Source of the DNA: an uncultured Clostridia bacterium | GTDB lineage: Bacteria; Bacillota; Clostridia; Christensenellales; UBA1242 | Assembly: GCA_947630745.1 (NCBI GenBank) | Contig: CANRIT010000005.1 | Location: 2,403-66,402 of the forward strand | Length of the DNA: 64,000 bases | Direction: 5' to 3' | Shown: piece after piece, positions 62,678-64,000 of the stretch | Position numbering within the stretch: the first letter of the stretch is position 1 | Layout of the letters: every line of letters begins with the position of its first letter | Made by a program: the position numbers and the translations under genes | The notes under the pieces: generated by a model | Told to the model about the DNA's origin: nothing | What the model saw: only the letters and a program-made list of their open reading frames with translations | Databases searched by the model: none

Positions 62678-63214
62678 ATGGAAAACAGTGCTTCAAAAAT
62701 TTTAAACAACTTTAAAACTTTTGGCATAGATGCTTGTAGGCAAGATATTAGGCTTGCAATTGCAAATAACGATTTTGATTGTTTAAACAATCTGTTGTCA
62801 GATAATGAGTTTTTGTTTGAAATTCTATTCAACAAAAACATCTATATAAACACCAACATTATTTTATCCAAAAAATTAACTAGGTTTGACGCATACGCAA
62901 AATCGTTTGTTGACGGCAAATGGATAAACAACCTGCTTGTGTATATAGAAAATCACATTCAGTCGCTTTCACCAAAAGACATCGACCATATAATTAATTT
63001 TTACTCACAACATTCGTATATTGATATCAGCACAATTTTCTTTTGGACAGCAAAAGCCAATCAAATGGCAAACAGCAATTTGTTTAATTTTATAAACGCA
63101 TTTTTAAATTCCAAAAACTACACCATGCTTAACGAATGTGTCCGCACCTACCCAATCTGCAAAAAGTATGTTGACCATTTGCTAACTGAGCGCGAAACAG
63201 AAAACAATATCTAG
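62678..63214 (+). CDS. Hypothetical protein
   Basis: 178 aa. Helical, Asn/Ile-rich, with no recognised motif. Confidence 0.65.
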   Translation: MENSASKILNNFKTFGIDACRQDIRLAIANNDFDCLNNLLSDNEFLFEILFNKNIYINTNIILSKKLTRFDAYAKSFVDGKWINNLLVYIENHIQSLSPKDIDHIINFYSQHSYIDISTIFFWTAKANQMANSNLFNFINAFLNSKNYTMLNECVRTYPICKKYVDHLLTERETENNI

Positions 63215-63255
63215 CTTATAGCCAATAAAAATTTAAAAAAAGTTTTTAAAATATG

Positions 63256-63284
63256 TTGCTTTTTTTTAAATTATCATATATAAT
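63256..63284 (+). promoter_or_regulatory. Promoter of the tRNA pair
   Basis: TTGCTT (63256-63261), a 17-nt spacer, then TATAAT (63279-63284), about 17 nt before tRNA-Leu. Confidence 0.6.
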
Positions 63285-63301
63285 AAAAGAGTTACATCTC
63301 A

Positions 63302-63389
63302 GCCGGTGTGGCGAAATGGCAGACGCACAGGACTTAAAATCCTGGGGACCTAACCGTCCGTGTCGGTTCGACCCCGACCACCGGCACCA
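63302..63389 (+). tRNA. tRNA-Leu (anticodon UAA), long variable arm, CCA encoded
   Basis: Acceptor gccggtg pairs with caccggc. Anticodon stem cagga/tcctg with loop cTTAAaa. Variable arm ggac-ctaac-gtcc. T arm gtcgg-ttcgacc-ccgac. Discriminator A followed by CCA. Confidence 0.92.
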
Positions 63390-63390
63390 T

Positions 63391-63464
63391 GGCACCATCG
63401 CCAAGTGGTAAGGCAAGGGTCTGCAAAACCCTCACCACCAGTTCGAGTCTGGTTGGTGCCTCCA
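63391..63464 (+). tRNA. tRNA-Cys (anticodon GCA), CCA encoded
   Basis: Acceptor ggcacca pairs with tggtgcc. Anticodon stem agggt/accct with loop ctGCAaa. T arm accag-ttcgagt-ctggt. Discriminator U, as typical for tRNA-Cys. Confidence 0.9.
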
Positions 63465-63486
63465 AACTGCATTATGCAGTTTTTTT
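63465..63486 (+). terminator. Terminator after the tRNA pair
   Basis: actgca (63466-63471) pairs with tgcagt (63475-63480), then T6. Confidence 0.75.
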
Positions 63487-63516
63487 ATTACAAACAATTT
63501 GTTGCGCTTTTTTACA

Positions 63517-64000
63517 TTATTTTGTTTTATAGTGATTTGAAATAAATTGCGCAACAACAGGTGCAATGGTGTTTTTATGAAATTCTTGCGAAGGATGAAC
63601 GCCATCGCCTTCATAATCTTCCGCTTTATATTCGATTGCAAAATCACAAAGGGCGTAAGTATCCAAAACCGGAATATCATATTTTGCACAAACTTGTTTT
63701 ATTGCAAAACGATACTCATCCGCCACCAAATGATAATTCGCATCATAACTATCATCAATAAATTTAATTTTTAATGGCGTCATAAAGAATATAAAAGCGT
63801 TGGGATATTTTTGCTTTAAACCCTTTGCTAAAACATCAAGCGCGCCATAAAAAGTGTTGGTAGTTATATCGCCATACTCACCAAGCGCACAATTATTGGC
63901 GATATCATTTGCCCCGCCCATAACTGAAACCACATCAGCATCACCTATCATATCCACATATCTTTCACAATAAGGACGATAGGAAAAATTTTCAGCGTGT
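63517..64000 (-). CDS. SGNH/GDSL-family hydrolase; 5' end cut by the window edge
   Basis: Block III GGAND and block V DGVHPS are present. The frame stays open upstream of the track start (…HAENFSYRPYCERYVDMIGD) to position 64000, so block I (GDS) must lie outside the window. Confidence 0.8.
   Translation of the reverse strand, partial: HAENFSYRPYCERYVDMIGDADVVSVMGGANDIANNCALGEYGDITTNTFYGALDVLAKGLKQKYPNAFIFFMTPLKIKFIDDSYDANYHLVADEYRFAIKQVCAKYDIPVLDTYALCDFAIEYKAEDYEGDGVHPSQEFHKNTIAPVVAQFISNHYKTK

Overview
This is an AT-rich chromosomal segment from a Bacillota (Clostridia-like) genome, and nearly all genes are on the minus strand. The conserved backbone has four parts. (1) A division/cell-wall (dcw) cluster runs from about 17.9 kb down to 0.6 kb: metallophosphoesterase, rsmH, a membrane protein at the ftsL position, ftsI, murE, mraY, murD, ftsW, murA, ftsQ, an inserted surface-protein gene, ftsA, ftsZ. 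(2) plsX, rpmF and RNase J. (3) M16 peptidase, yraN, rnhB, rbgA, ffh, ylxM, ftsY and smc. (4) A fused ABC transporter, ackA-pta, a ylbJ-like gene, tRNA-Leu(UAA) and tRNA-Cys(GCA). Several unusual items sit within this backbone. (a) Four paralogous genes at two loci (23.3-27.4 kb and 42.8-46.1 kb) encode a sigma-70-like C-terminal module (regions 2 and 4) fused to 4-7 N-terminal helicase-associated (HA) domain repeats. Each has its own near-consensus promoter placed so close to the ATG that the mRNA should be leaderless. The second locus is bracketed by two paralogous ~90-aa proteins. I consider this the best candidate for an undescribed system. (b) Two copies of a GC-rich ~90-nt element (13.5 kb and 18.0 kb) fold as a four-way junction, with a conserved 12-bp outer stem and three inner hairpins that differ in sequence. 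(c) Two paralogous membrane-anchored surface proteins carry leucine-rich repeats (LRR) and Listeria-Bacteroides repeats (884 aa and 3336 aa). The smaller gene splits the dcw cluster and has a G10 tract in its promoter spacer, making it a phase-variation candidate. (d) Two paralogous helical-repeat proteins bracket smc. No rRNA, CRISPR array, transposase, integrase or prophage genes were seen. All domain calls rest on motif recognition by eye and need HMM or BLAST confirmation.
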